Shown here: positions 11,234 to 22,943 of the stretch, in pieces
Layout of the letters: the number at the start of each line of letters is the position of its first letter
Numbering within the stretch: position 1 is the stretch's first letter
Assembly (NCBI RefSeq): GCF_004010195.1
Contig: NC_057718.1
Span: 101,511,764-101,549,102 of the forward strand
Direction: 5' to 3'
DNA: 37,339 nt
Source: Chiloscyllium plagiosum
Lineage: Eukaryota
Made by a program: the position numbers and the translations under genes
Notes under the pieces: model-generated
What the model was told of the DNA's origin: nothing
Seen by the model: the letters and a program-made list of their open reading frames with translations, nothing else
The model's database searches: none

Positions 11234-12394
11234 TCTATTGCATTTTGCAAAAGTAAAAGATAAAGCTTAGAAAGTCGATCTTTCTGCAGCAGCTTCAGCT
11301 CATTCTGACTGAGCAAGCTATATAAATAAGGAAGGAAAGAGAGAGAAAAAAACAGATGTTGAGGGAAAAATCACTCAACTTGTTGAGATGAAGTATTTTC
11401 ATTGATTGGCAGTGATGAACCATTTTGTTGTCAGGGTCCACTTTGTGCGATCGGTCTGATTTTAGCTGGAGGTATGATCTGACTGCCTGCATCGCTGTTG
11501 TGAAACTTCCCTGTTTTTAAAGATTTTGGTTTTGTTGTTAAGCTTTTCCTTTTCATTAACATAACAATAGCAAGATTGCCTGCTGTGAGAAAATGAGATC
11601 TGCACTGCAGGGTTGGAAACAACTGGGCAAGATTCGTTTGAATCTACAGGTTCTGCTCCATGCTAATTCTCCCCATTGTTTCATGGGTGTCCGTACCTCC
11701 CTGGTGCAGTGGGTAAGCTCTTGAGTGTAAGGACGTGTTCCTACAAAAGCAGGTCCACTTTCCTTCTGATAGTCCCTCCATCTGTCTGAGGTGTTGGCAC
11801 AGTGGTAAAGCGACTGGACTAGTCAGCCAAGATCATATTCTGGGGATGCAGTTCAAGTCATGATAGGTGTTGGTGGAATTAATTCTGGCTTGAAAGCTAA
11901 TCACAGTAATGGTGGCCGTAAAACTATCATTTCTTGTGGAGAGTGGCCATCTCATTTGCCTCTGGTGAAGCAGCTTGGTTCACCTATTCCAAAACTCACT
12001 GTGCTATGTTTCACGCTTCTAGTTTTCAACTCATCCTCTGTCTTCGTGATTCAGAATGAAATTCATGCCTTCGGACAAAGCCAGAGTGGAATTTGTTGTG
12101 AACATACGCTCTCTTGGTGCTGGACTTTCACAGAGTCGGAATGGTTAGCTCAGTTGGTGATACCGCTGAGTCAGTAAAACACCAACAGCATGGGTTCTGT
12201 TCCCGTTCTGGGTGAGGTAGACTTGGGACCTGCATTCTAGTCCTGCCCCTGAGGGTGGCAAGCAATGGTGAACCACCATGGACAACAAACTGCCCGGAGA
12301 AATGGCTCAGATTGAAGTGTCAGCAGACAATGAGCTCAAAGGGAGATGACCCTATACCAGCAATGACTTGGACTTGTACCCTGGAGCCCCCAGG

Positions 12395-12620
12395 CAGCTG
12401 GTGGAATTTAAATACAATTAATGAAATGTAGGTGCAGTAGCGGAGACCAAGGAACCATCATCGATTGTTGTAGAAACCCATCAGGTTTGCTACTGTCCTT
12501 GAGGGAAGGGAATCTGCCCTCCTGGGCAGACACCGTCACTCCGGACCCACAATTGTTTCTCTGTTCGGAAGTCAGGTCAAGCAATGCTGACCTTTCCGAC
12601 AGCGTCCACATCCCGTGACA
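12395..12620 (+). mobile_element. SINE body (same family as 2668-3300)
   Basis: ggcagctggtggaatttaaat...agggaagggaatctgcc...cacatccc. Confidence 0.6.
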
Positions 12621-13164
12621 GAAAACATTTTGAAAATCACCCTCAAGTCTTAAGTCTTGATTTTCGCTGTCGATGATGGTAAGTTCCCACAGATGGTGTC
12701 GAACACAACTGTTTGTTAGAATAAAAGATTATCCTTGATTGCAAGCTGAATAGCTCCCTGGTAAAGATTTAAAATGGTTTCAAGGGTGACTGCATGTGGT
12801 GACACAGCAGCTCCCTCCCAGGGTAGAGATGACTGGCTCATCCCTCTGTCTCTATTCTGGCTGGGAACTGTGCCGTCTCTATCTCCAGAATCAGCATTGT
12901 CACGCATCACTGCGATTGATTGTACATACAATATTTGGACTCAGTAATCCTTAAATCAGAGATTGTTGGCAGCAATTAACACACAGTCCCATTATTGTGA
13001 CTCGGAAACCCTGCAACAAGAACCAAGTTAAAGTTAACCCTTTTAGCACTAAGTGCGGAGGTAAAAAGCAACTTGCATTTATTTATGGCCTTTCACAGTT
13101 TCAGGACATCCCAATGATCTTCAGCCGATGTTTGAAGGGTCATCAATGTTGTATGGAAATATCG

Positions 13165-14125
13165 CGCTCAGTTGGCTGATTTGTGATGCCAACAGCACGG
13201 GTTCGATTCCTTGCACTGAGACTACCATGAAGGACTTGCCTTCTCAATCTCTTCCTTCTCCTGAGGCATATAAGAACATAAGAACTAGGAGCAGGAATAG
13301 GCCATCTGGCCCATTAAGCCTGATCCGCCATTCAATAAGATCATGGCTGATCTTTCTGTGGACTCAGCTCCACTTACCCGCCCGCTCACATAGCCCTTAA
13401 TTGCTTTACTGTTCAAAAATCCATCTATCTTTGCCTTAAAAGCATTTAACAAGGTAGCCTCAATTGCTTCCCTGGGCAGGGAATTCCACAGATTCACAAC
13501 CCTCTGGGTGAAGAAGTTCCTCCTCAGCTCAGCCCTAACTCTGCTCCTCCTTATTTTGAGACTATGTCCCCTAATTCTAGTTTCACCCTTCAGTGGGTAC
13601 AACCTCCCAGCTTCTATCTTATCTCCTCCCTTCATAATTTTATATGTTTCTATGTGTCCCCCTTTATTCTTCTAAATTCCAATGAGAATAGTCCCAGTCT
13701 ATTCAATCTCTCCTCATAAGCCAACCCACTCAACTCTGGAATCAACCTAATGAACCTCCTCTGCAGCCCCTCCAGTGCCCGTACATCCTTTCTCAAGTAA
13801 GGAGACTAAAATTGTACACAATACTCCAGATGTGGCCTCACCAGCACCTATACAGCTGCAACATAACCTCCCTACTTTTAAACTCAATCCCTTTAAAAAT
13901 GAAGGACAATATTCCATTTGCTTTCTTAACTACCTGTTGCACGAGCAAACCAACTTATTGTGATTCGTGCACGAGGATACCCAGGTTCCTCTGCACCACT
14001 TAAATCTCACATTTACACGGTGACCCTCAGGTTAAACCACCATCAGTAGTCTCTCTCTCTATCTCTCTCTCTAATGAGAGAGCAGCTTAATGGTCCTCCA
14101 AGACTATGGCAACGTTACCTTTGAC
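13165..14125 (+). mobile_element. tRNA-head SINE split by a CR1 insertion
   Basis: gctcagttgg and gggttcgattcc boxes; resumes near 14019 (ggtgaccctcaggttaa); unsplit relative at 18405-18607. Confidence 0.65.
13268..13997 (-). mobile_element. CR1 LINE 3' fragment
   Basis: ORF 13285-13635 (TRIRGHSLKIR...FFTQRVVNLWNSLP...FKAKIDGFL); tail ataagaacataagaac. Confidence 0.9.
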
Positions 14126-15344
14126 CTTTATGGAAACATGGTCACCAATTTCCACACAGCAAACTCCCATAAACAGCACTCTGCCACTGACCAGACCATC
14201 TGTCTTTGTGATTGTTCTGGTTCACTGGGGTGATGCACTGGATATTGAACCCTGGTATTCCCTGAGTCACCTAAAAGTGAAAGATTTTTTTGTAAAGGTA
14301 TGTAAATATCACCAATGCATCTGCCTTTCCAACCCAAGCTAAGGGAAGGCACAGGCCAGGTTTCTGTACTTCACAAGAATGACTCTTTGTTTCCAAATAA
14401 TTAGACTCTAGCTACGGATAAACCGTTATAAACCATTGACGTTTAGCTACAAATTCAAACTCTAATCCCCTTGTGAATTCCTCCCTATGCCCACTCAGAC
14501 AGACCAACAGACAAGGTAAAATAGGATTGTTTGACAGAGGGGAAAAAGAGGGAAGACAGTTCAGCCATCTTTGATCCCACACTCTGTTGTTAAGATGATC
14601 TTTATGACTGTCCTTACATAGCCTCATCTTTCTCTGAGTGCTTGCAGTGGTTGTTAACATACACAAAATGGCTGGTTCGCTTAAACATGTTTAAAGTCAT
14701 ACCTTGCAACAAATGTTACAGGAAAGATAAACTAGTTTTCTTCAGCTCTACAGTGAGTTTTTACTGCAGAGAACAGAGAGACCACTCTGGAGCCAGAGAA
14801 GAACACTTCCCTTCCCTTGCTCTCTGTACTTGTTCCCAGCTCCAAGCTGATCTGTTCCTGAGAGCCAATCATACCATTGTTGGTACGCAAAAAAGTCTTC
14901 TAAAGTATAAAGTGGGTACCTTCGGTCTCTGTCCATGTTTTCCCACTTCCCAACCTGCTGAAGTCCTGCCATTGGTTATCAGATTTCAAAATGTCTTTGG
15001 CTTATAAGGGGAAAGGATCAATCCTCAGCTGCCTCCCTTAACCTTGTCTGCTCACAGTACTGAGGACGTTGGAAATCGATATCTAACAGAAAATGCTGAA
15101 AAATTAACTTTGCATTTATGGAAAGGCAAACTCAATCCCAATGAACCAGGCTCAAACAGAAACCTTAATTCTGACTTTCTGTCTGATGCTGAGGGAAATC
15201 CAGAGGATTTCATGTGCTTGTTTTTTCATTCCTCATTAACAGGGTCTGGGACATGGAATTTCCAATATTCAGTCCACTGCGCCTCTTATAGCAAAATCCT
15301 TCTCAACAAACTTTTAGCAGGTTGTAAATTATACTCTTTTCTTT

Positions 15345-15860
15345 TACAGGATATGGGTGTGTCACTGGCTGAGTCAGCATTTATTGTCCGTTTCTAGTTG
15401 CCCTTGTGAAGGAGCTGCCTTCTTGAACCGCTGCAGTCCATGTGCAGTAGGTACACCCACTATTCCATTGGGAAGGGTGTTCCAGGATTGTGACCCAGCG
15501 ATGTGAAGGAACGGCAATATATTTCCAAGTCAGGATGGTGTGTGATTTGCAGGGGGTGCTGTTCCCATGTATCTGCTGCTCTTACCCTTCTGGGTGGTAG
15601 GGTTTGCAAGATCAGAAGGTGATATTGTAACTACTTTGTTGAGTTGCTGCAGTGCGTCTTGTAGATGGTACACACTGCTGTGTGTCAAAGGTTTGGGGTG
15701 CAAATGTTTAAGATGGCGAATGGGCTACCAGTCAAGCACAGCTTCTCCTGGATAATGTTGAGCTTTTTCTGTGTTGGACAATCCAAGCAAGTGAGGAATA
15801 TTCCATTACACTTGTGCCTTGATGGTGGACAGGCTTTGGGGAGTCAGGAGGTGAGTTATG
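15345..15860 (-). mobile_element. Old LINE 3' fragment (L2/CR1 clade)
   Basis: gagctgccttcttgaaccgctgcagtcc; opposite-strand relative at about 34680-34975. Confidence 0.6.
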
Positions 15861-16596
15861 TGTCAATAATTATAGTGCGAACAAAATAACTAATAGTTAC
15901 CTGGATCATTGTGTTATTGGAGCAAATGGTTAACCAGCTTTTAATCAGACTATCAGCATTTTCACCTATAAAATGCCCCACAACACAAAGGATTATGGAA
16001 TGATATCACATATTAAACTATTGCTTCAGTTTACAATTTGAAAATTAAAAGCTTTTTGCTACATAGCCATGCATTAAACTTTAACAGGCCAGGTCTGTAC
16101 TCTTTTATATTAATATGAAATATTTTGCAAATAAAGGTAGAGGTCATAGAAGATTTCCATGGAAATAAAAGTAGACCAAAGGCTCCTGAAACAGCCCTCC
16201 AACTATCCTGTCATTTTAAGATAAGTGCGGTTTAGTTCATTAAAAAATTGCTAACTTGAGATTTAATTATTAAAAACAGGTTCATCTGAGCAGTAGATCA
16301 AATAAATAACCAGATCCAAATATTGAGTATTTGTAATGTGCAGTTAAGCACTGGTTTTCAGATCTTGAAAGTTTAGAAGCTGACCAAACAATGTGTACAT
16401 GTTTAATATTTGAACATTATGAACAAAGTAGTGCATAAGTTAACCCACTTCATACGCGTTACTCTGAATTTATCACTGTGACTGACATCTGCTGCTCATT
16501 ATTAGTGACAGGAAATATCTTAAAACTGCTCTTCAGCCTCGCTGACATTATTTCAGCCAGTTTCTGATCCACACCAATGAAATCATGATTTGGAGG

Positions 16597-16674
16597 TGTG
16601 TGTGTGTGCACGCGCGTACGTGTGTGTGTACATGCGTGCCTGTGTGTGTGTGCGTGTGTGCGTGCGCGCTGTGC
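16597..16674. repeat. Imperfect (TG)n/(CG)n microsatellite
   Basis: Near-continuous purine-pyrimidine alternation. Confidence 0.9.
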
Positions 16675-16724
16675 AACGTGTTATTTCATTCACAGCATGC
16701 CCTTTGCAGACTTAATTTTTTTTT

Positions 16725-17070
16725 CAGTCATTCACGGGATGAGGGCATCACTGGCTGCGCCAGCATTTATTGCCCATCCTGAGCTGTCGAGAGGGTACTT
16801 AAGAGTCAACCACATTGCTGTGGGTCTGAAGTCACATGTAGACCAGACCAGGTAAGGATGGCAGTTTCCATCCCTAAGGGGCATTAGTGAATCAGATGGA
16901 TTCTTCCAACAATCAACACTAGATTCACAGTTAGCATTGGACTCTTACTTCCAGATTTAGCTGAGTTCAATTTCCATGGCAGGATTCCGACCAGGGTTCC
17001 CCAGAACATTACCTGGTTCTCTGGATTAACAGTCCAGCGATAATACCACCGGATTATCACCTCCCCAGTG
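16725..17070 (-). mobile_element. tRNA-head SINE (family of 2668-3300)
   Basis: Reverse-complement match, e.g. cacatgtagaccagaccaggtaaggatggcag. Confidence 0.75.
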
Positions 17071-17407
17071 CCTCATATGGTGAGATCCACAGTTGGACAG
17101 TTGAACTGGATATAGGATGAGAATTTTGGGTGGCTGTGCATTACTAAACTTTGATGGATTACCAGTGAAATGTTAAATTCCATTAAAAATCTAGTGACAA
17201 CCCTAGGACAAAAAAAGTACAAACAAGTTAATCATAATTAGGCTTCATCCTTCTTATATGGGCAACTGGTTGATGGAATGAAATATCATACTTGCCTTTA
17301 ATGATGTTAGTTACTTCATAGAAACAACTTAAAAGCACTTCTTTAAAAATCTAAAAAGTTAAAAATCACGCAACACCAGGTTGTAGTCCAACAGGTTTAT
17401 TTGGAAG

Positions 17408-17442
17408 CACTAGCTTTCAGAGCGCTGCTCCTTCATCAGGTA
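17408..17442 (-). ncRNA. Minimal type I hammerhead motif (antisense arm)
   Basis: Minus strand TAC CTGATGA A GGAGC agc GCTCT GAAA GC TA GTG; G-U wobbles in stems I and II. Confidence 0.6.
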
Positions 17443-17452
17443 CAGACAAAAC

Positions 17453-17487
17453 CACCTGATGAAGGAGCAGTGCTCCGAAAGCTAGTG
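17453..17487 (+). ncRNA. Minimal type I hammerhead ribozyme motif
   Basis: CAC CTGATGA A GGAGC agt GCTCC GAAA GC TA GTG; stem I CAC/GTG. Confidence 0.72.
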
Positions 17488-17594
17488 CTTCCAAATAAAC
17501 CTGTTTGACTATAACCTGGTGTTGTGTGATTTTTAACTTTGTACACCCCAGTCCAACACCGGCATCTCCAAATCATCTTTAAAAATCAAGTAAC

Positions 17595-17850
17595 ACAGGA
17601 CGTAAATCAGGAGTAGTCCATTCAGCTCTTTGAGTCTGCACTCTAATCAGTAGGATCATGATTGATTCTGTTGTGGTCTTTGTTCCACGTTCCTGTCTGT
17701 CCTCTCTAATCCTTTTACTCCCTTGACTATAAAAAACAGTTGTCTAACTCAGCCATAGAAGTTGCAGTCTCCCCTACCCTCTGGAGTGGAGAATTCCACC
17801 CTCTGCTGATCCTTTGAGAGAGAAAAAAAATTCTCCTCATCTCTGTCTTC
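17595..17850 (-). mobile_element. Old CR1 3' end
   Basis: aggagtagtccattcagc...aggatcatgattgat; gaattccac; ttctcctcatctctgtc. Confidence 0.65.
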
Positions 17851-18404
17851 AAAAGGGTGAGGTTTTAGGATAGTTTGGAAAAGTGCAAACCAAATGGAGA
17901 TGTTATTATGGCATCACTGTGTGCCACGTTGTCCTAAATCACATTAATATGTTGTTTTGTTGCCTTCAATAAGAAAAGCCTTGGAGACAGTGAGTAAGAT
18001 TTTAACATATTGAAGACCCGTTCACTTGCACACCATTAAAATTGAGCCCAGTGCCTTTTTATGATAGAGCTGGCTTCAGTTGGGTGGCAGGGGCGACCTG
18101 AAGTCACATTCAATCCTGATGTGAAGGAAATAATACTTCGTGGCATTTAAGGGGCCACGTAAAACAAGTTAAAGCACTTTCATCTCGGTGTAGGTTAAGA
18201 CTTGGTCCACGGCACAAAACAAGATTGGATCTTCCACTCAAGCAAACAATGAACACAGTTGAGTGTGAGAAAGAATAATTTGCGTTAAGTCAGTGTAGCT
18301 TCTCTCATGAGATTTCAGCCAGTGTTGGGGCAGAGCAGTTTGTGTTATATTATTCAATGCTGACACGAGCTACCAAATAAGAAATATGTTTTCTTCCTGA
18401 TCTC

Positions 18405-18607
18405 TTAGCTCAGTTGGCTGGAGAGCTGGTTTGTGATGTAGAGTCATCCCAACAGTGTGGGTTCAATTCCCACTCCAGCTGAGGATTCTCCTTCTCAACA
18501 TCTCCCCTCACCTGAGACATGGTGACCCTCAGGTTAAGCCACCACTATTGTCTCTCTACTGAGAGAGCAGCCCTATGGTCTGGAAGGGGCATGGACACTT
18601 TACCTTT
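18405..18607 (+). mobile_element. tRNA-head SINE
   Basis: A box tagctcagttgg, B box gggttcaattccc, tail ctttaccttt-like; matches 13165-14125. Confidence 0.7.
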
Positions 18608-19841
18608 TGATCTCTTACTCTGGCTATGACAAGAAAAAGCCCCCCAAAAAACATACATGACATAAAATCGATACTGCAATTTTAATGCTGAGCACAAGTT
18701 GTTTGAAGGTTTAAATCTGTGGGGTTTTTTTTGCTGATCATCACAACACACAGCAAAGCTGCAGAACATAACCCTCAGCAGAAAAGTTAACTTCGTTTTT
18801 TTCCCAAAACATGTTAGCTGAATTTGTGATTGAAGATTGGTAAAAGATACTTCACAGCGAGTAGCAGGGAAGAAATGAACAGACATTACCTAAGTGTGTG
18901 ACCTGGCAAGCTTACCTCCCAGTCCAACCATTGATGGTCAGTTTCTCTGATATTTTACTCAGGGCAATCATTATTGCTTGGCTTGTAACTGATGATTACG
19001 TGGATGATTTATTTCAGAATTGCACAGATTGGAGCTCCATGTTCATCACTGATCACAAAACCTAGCCAATAAAGTGATGACCAAGTCTATCTTTCTGTAA
19101 TATGGTGGAATCCCAGTGATAATGAAACTGAGAGCTTGCCGCTGTAAAGAATGGTAGCCCATGATGTATCATCGGCCGATGAGCAATACCAGCTGAGCTG
19201 GACTTCCCTCTCTTTGCTGAGCTGCCACACTCTTTTGTCATTTGTTGGCCTCACAAGGAGATGTGCTAATGCACATTCTTGCAACAGTCACCCAATGTAT
19301 TTGTCTGTCCAGCAGCCCCTCCTTCTTAGAGTGGTGCTGGAAAAGCACAGCAGTTCAGGCAGCATCCGAGGAGTAGTATGCTTGACTTGAGTTCAAATGG
19401 GTAATTTTGGTGAGGAAAAGCATAAACTTGAAGTTTCAGCTTGACTACACTCAGAGGGCTGGTTTGAGTTGCTCCTGCTCCAGAGGTGTGTCATAAATGG
19501 CCTTGAAGGTAGCCCAGAGAAGGTTCACTCAGCTGATACCAGGTATGGAGGAACTGTCTTCGGACGACAGGTTGAGTAGACAGGGCCTTCTATGGTCGGA
19601 ATGTAGAAGAATGAGAGAGGATTCCATTGATCCATATCAGATTCTTAGGGCATTTGGCAGAGTCGATGTAGAGCGATTATTCCCCCTTGTGGGAGAGTCC
19701 AGGACAATTATGCTTCCTCTCAAAATAAGGAGTCACACATTTAAGACAAAGATGAAGAGCAATTTCTTCTCAGAGATTTGTGAATCTGTGGAATTCTTTA
19801 CCGCAAAGGGCTGTACAGACTGGGTCATGAAGTATATTCAA

Positions 19842-20320
19842 AGTTTGGGGTGGGACACAGTAGTTCAGTCAGTTAGCACTGCTGCCTCATAGCACCAGGG
19901 TCCCAGGTTCGATTCCAGCCTCGGCCGACTCTCTATGTGGAGTTTGCACGTTCTCCCTGTGTCTGCATGGGTTTCCTCTGGGTACTCCGGTTTCCTCCCA
20001 CAGTCTAAAGATGTGCAGGTCAGATGAATTGGCCATGCTAAACTGCCCATAGTGTTAGGTGCATTAGTCAGGGGGAAATGGGTCTGGGTGGGTTACTCTT
20101 CAGAGGATCAGTGTGGGCTTGTTGGGCCGAAGGGCCTATTTCCACAATGTAGAGGATCTAAACTTATAAATTACACGACACCAGGTTATAGTCCAACAGG
20201 GTTATTTTGGAAGTACAAGCTTTCAGAGCACTGCTTCCAAATAAACCTGTTGGACTATGACCTGGTGTTGTGTGACTTTGAACTTTGTACACCCCAGTCC
20301 AATGCCGGCACCTCCACATC
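19842..20320 (+). mobile_element. Internally deleted family A PLE, interrupted by a SINE
   Basis: 12-bp TSD aagtatattcaa (19830-19841, 20321-20332); pLTR sequence at about 20168-20320. Confidence 0.75.
19846..20165 (+). mobile_element. HE1-type V-SINE
   Basis: tRNA head (gttagcactgctgcctca, ggttcgattcc), V domain (tggagtttgcacgttctcc...ccggtttcctcccac), LINE-like tail gggccgaagggcc. Confidence 0.9.
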
Positions 20321-20684
20321 AAGTATATTCAAGGCTGAGACAGACAGATTTTTGATCAGGATGGTCATCAAGGGTTATGGGGAAAAGGGTAGAAGTTGAG
20401 GATTTTCAGATCATCCATGATCTCATTCGATGGCAGAGCAGTCTTGATGGGCCGAATGGTCTATTTCTGCTCCCACATCTTCTGGTCTTATAACCTAACT
20501 AAACAGGTTGATCCAAAACATTTGTACTCGGAAGATACAAGCCCCTAATTCTCATGTTTGTATCTCGCTTTTGAGGGTGCTGAAGGGGCAAACTTAGTCA
20601 ACAGGAAGGGAGTGGTTTTGAAAGAACTACCGAGCCTGATGGTGTGAAACATAAAACTTTACCCCCATCACAGAACCACTTGGA

Positions 20685-21090
20685 GTCATAGAGACGTACA
20701 GCATGGAAACAGACCCTTCGGTCCAACCTGTCCATGCTGACCAGATATCCCAACCCAATCTAGTCCCATCTGCTAGCACGCGGCCCATATCCCTCCAAAC
20801 CCTTCTATTCATATAACCATCCAAATGCCTCTTAAATGTTGCAATTGTATCAGCCTCCACCACTTTCTCTGGCAGCTCATTCCATACAGATACCACCCTC
20901 CCTTCTTACCCTAAGCCCTCTAGTTCTGGACTCCCCCACCCCCAGAGAAGAGACTTTGTCTATTTACCCTATCCATGTCCCTCATGATTTTATAAACCTC
21001 TGAGGTCAACTCTCAGCCTCCGACACTCCAGGGAAAACAGCTCCAGCCCCAGCCTTCTCCCTCTAGCACAAACCCTCCAACCCTGGCAAC
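20685..21090 (-). mobile_element. CR1/HER1-like LINE, non-inverted 3' segment
   Basis: ORF 20627-20896 (VWNELPEKVVEADTIATFKRHLDGYM) plus tail. Confidence 0.9.
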
Positions 21091-21487
21091 TGGATCTTGA
21101 TCAGATTGACCAATGGACTGAGAAGTGGCAGATGGAGTTTAATTTAGATAAATGTGAAGTGCTGCGTTTTGGGAAAGTAAATCTTAGTGGGACTTATACA
21201 CTTAATGGTAAGGTCCTAGGGAGTGTTGCTGAACAAAGAGACCTTGGAGTGCAGGTTCATAGCTCCTTGAAAGTAGAGTCACAGGTAGATAGGATAGTGA
21301 AGAAGGTGTTTGGTATGCTTTCCTTTATTGGTCAGAGTATTGAGTACAGGAGTTGGGAGGTGATGTTGTGGCTGTACGGGACATTGGTTAGGCCACTGTT
21401 GGAATATTGCATGCAATTCTGGTCTCCTTCCTATCGGAAAGATGTTGTGAAACTTGAAAGGGTTCAGAAAAGATTTACAAGGATGTT
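21091..21487 (+). mobile_element. CR1 LINE RT C-terminal segment, inverted relative to its 3' part
   Basis: ORF 21132 (W)QMEFNLDKCEVLRFG...RDLGVQV...LVRPLLEYCMQFWSP...LERVQKRFTRM. Confidence 0.9.
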
Positions 21488-21779
21488 TCTCCTAGTTCAT
21501 GACAGGTTCAATCCCAGGCTTGTTTAATGCCCTCTCATCAACCTGGGCATCTCAGTTGGAAGCTGCTAATCATCCTTTCTGCTCACACCTTGGATTTTCC
21601 GAGTTCCTTCTCAGTTCCTCAACGGATGTGTTTCCAGACAATTTAATTCATCGATGTTAGTTGGACATACGCCACTTCAGTCTTGCTGTCTTCTTCAATC
21701 TTATTGGCTTTTGACACATGTCCTACAAAGTGTAAGTAATGTCAACCAAAACAGACTGACACGCAGTTAGGATAATCAC

Positions 21780-21968
21780 AAACCCAGAGAATGCTGGAGA
21801 AACTCTGGTAGTCTTTCATGGAGAGAAATAGAGTTAATGATTCAAATCCGGTATGACTCGAAAGAAACGTCCTATTGGACTGGAAGTGTTAAGTGTTTCT
21901 CTCTCCACAGGTTCTACTGGACCTGCTGAGTTTGGCTGTGTCTGTTTCAGATTTCCAGCATCCACAAC
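21780..21968. mobile_element. Decayed palindromic PLE-type element (older family)
   Basis: atgctggagaaactc...tggagagaaa inverted against tttctctctcca...gacctgctgagtt; relatives at about 6225-6320, 9865-9950 and 33930-34070. Confidence 0.55.
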
Positions 21969-22943
21969 CATTTAACTTTTAACAGTTACAGGTTTGCCTT
22001 TGCATTTTGGCACCATCAACCGCTGCAGTTATTAACCTTTACCTACTTAAATAAAAGAGGGGAAAAAGGGGCTAGTACAGTCAGAGGCAGCTTGGTTTGC
22101 AATAGATTTCATGAGGAGCTTCTCTCTGCAAATGTTGAGAGCAGTGCAAACTCTCACGCATGTTTACATACTGTTCCAGTGCAGTCTTTTTTAGTATGTG
22201 TGGAGTGATTAAAGAGATTGAACTCATGTTTAATGAACATCAGCTGTTTAAACATGTATACTGGAATTTGCAATGGGGCAGGCCATAGGAAGCCTGCAGT
22301 TAATAACCCTCAATATGAACAGCTCATCATTGCTCACCAGCAGAGAGAAAGAGAGAAAGAGAGAGAGAGACCCCCCCTTTTGCTCTCAGATTGTGGCATT
22401 TTGGGAGCCTTCTTTCATCTGAATTGGCAAATACGGAAAGAGCTGGATTCTAATCCACCAAAGTCAATTCCATGGATTGATGGAGAGTTTAATCTCCATC
22501 AACCTGTTTGAATCCTTGATCATCAGCACAGGTCAATGATGCATTCCAGATATCGGATGCTATTGAAGTGAAATGTGGCTAGCTCCACCCCACCCACCTT
22601 CACTGTCTGCTGACACCTTCCATTCTGGTTCCTCCCTAAGGATCATTCCGGTCACATTTTTATTGGTTCGGATTTGAAATAGATTATTATAGCATCAGCT
22701 TTGGTCGAGTGTCCTTAACCTTGGTACTGTGAGCTGGCTGTGTCGATCAGATGGTGCTTTTGAACCTCGATGGTTCTTTTCCCAACACCAGTTATCAATG
22801 TTGCGCTTTTTCTAAGTTAATTATGAGGACAAGCAGTGGTTCCGTCTGTCTTGAAAGGTGAAAACCTGCTGCCAGTGTGTATTGAACATTGTGTGCTGTG
22901 GCTGTGGACTCTGAAGCTCAAAGGGACAGGACCCTCTCACAGT

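Larger units (their letters stand above)
17352..17575 (+). mobile_element. Palindromic PLE pLTR insertion (family A)
   Basis: Perfect 12-bp TSD tctttaaaaatc (17340-17351, 17576-17587); ~85-bp inverted arms plus tail. Confidence 0.85.
19497..20491 (+). mobile_element. CR1 LINE 3' fragment hosting a nested PLE and SINE
   Basis: ORF 19497-19892 (AQRRFTQLIPGMEELS..DRLSR...RLFPLVGESRT); resumes at 20321 (IFKAETDRFL). Confidence 0.85.

Noticed and set aside
11435..11471. 37-nt plus-strand exon candidate (GPLCAIGLILAG or STLCDRSDFSW)
   Set aside because: Isolated, with no consistent gene model; compatible with chance
14642..15397. ORFs of 121 and 117 aa as coding exons
   Set aside because: No recognisable motifs, poor splice donors, and the second runs into a LINE
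16585..16855. Cys/Val-rich ORFs
   Set aside because: Translation of the TG microsatellite and a SINE
18405..18480. tRNA gene
   Set aside because: A and B boxes are present but there is no complete cloverleaf and it continues into a SINE body; the same holds for the other SINE heads
21132..21527. Functional reverse transcriptase gene
   Set aside because: Only the C-terminal part of CR1 ORF2, truncated and inverted
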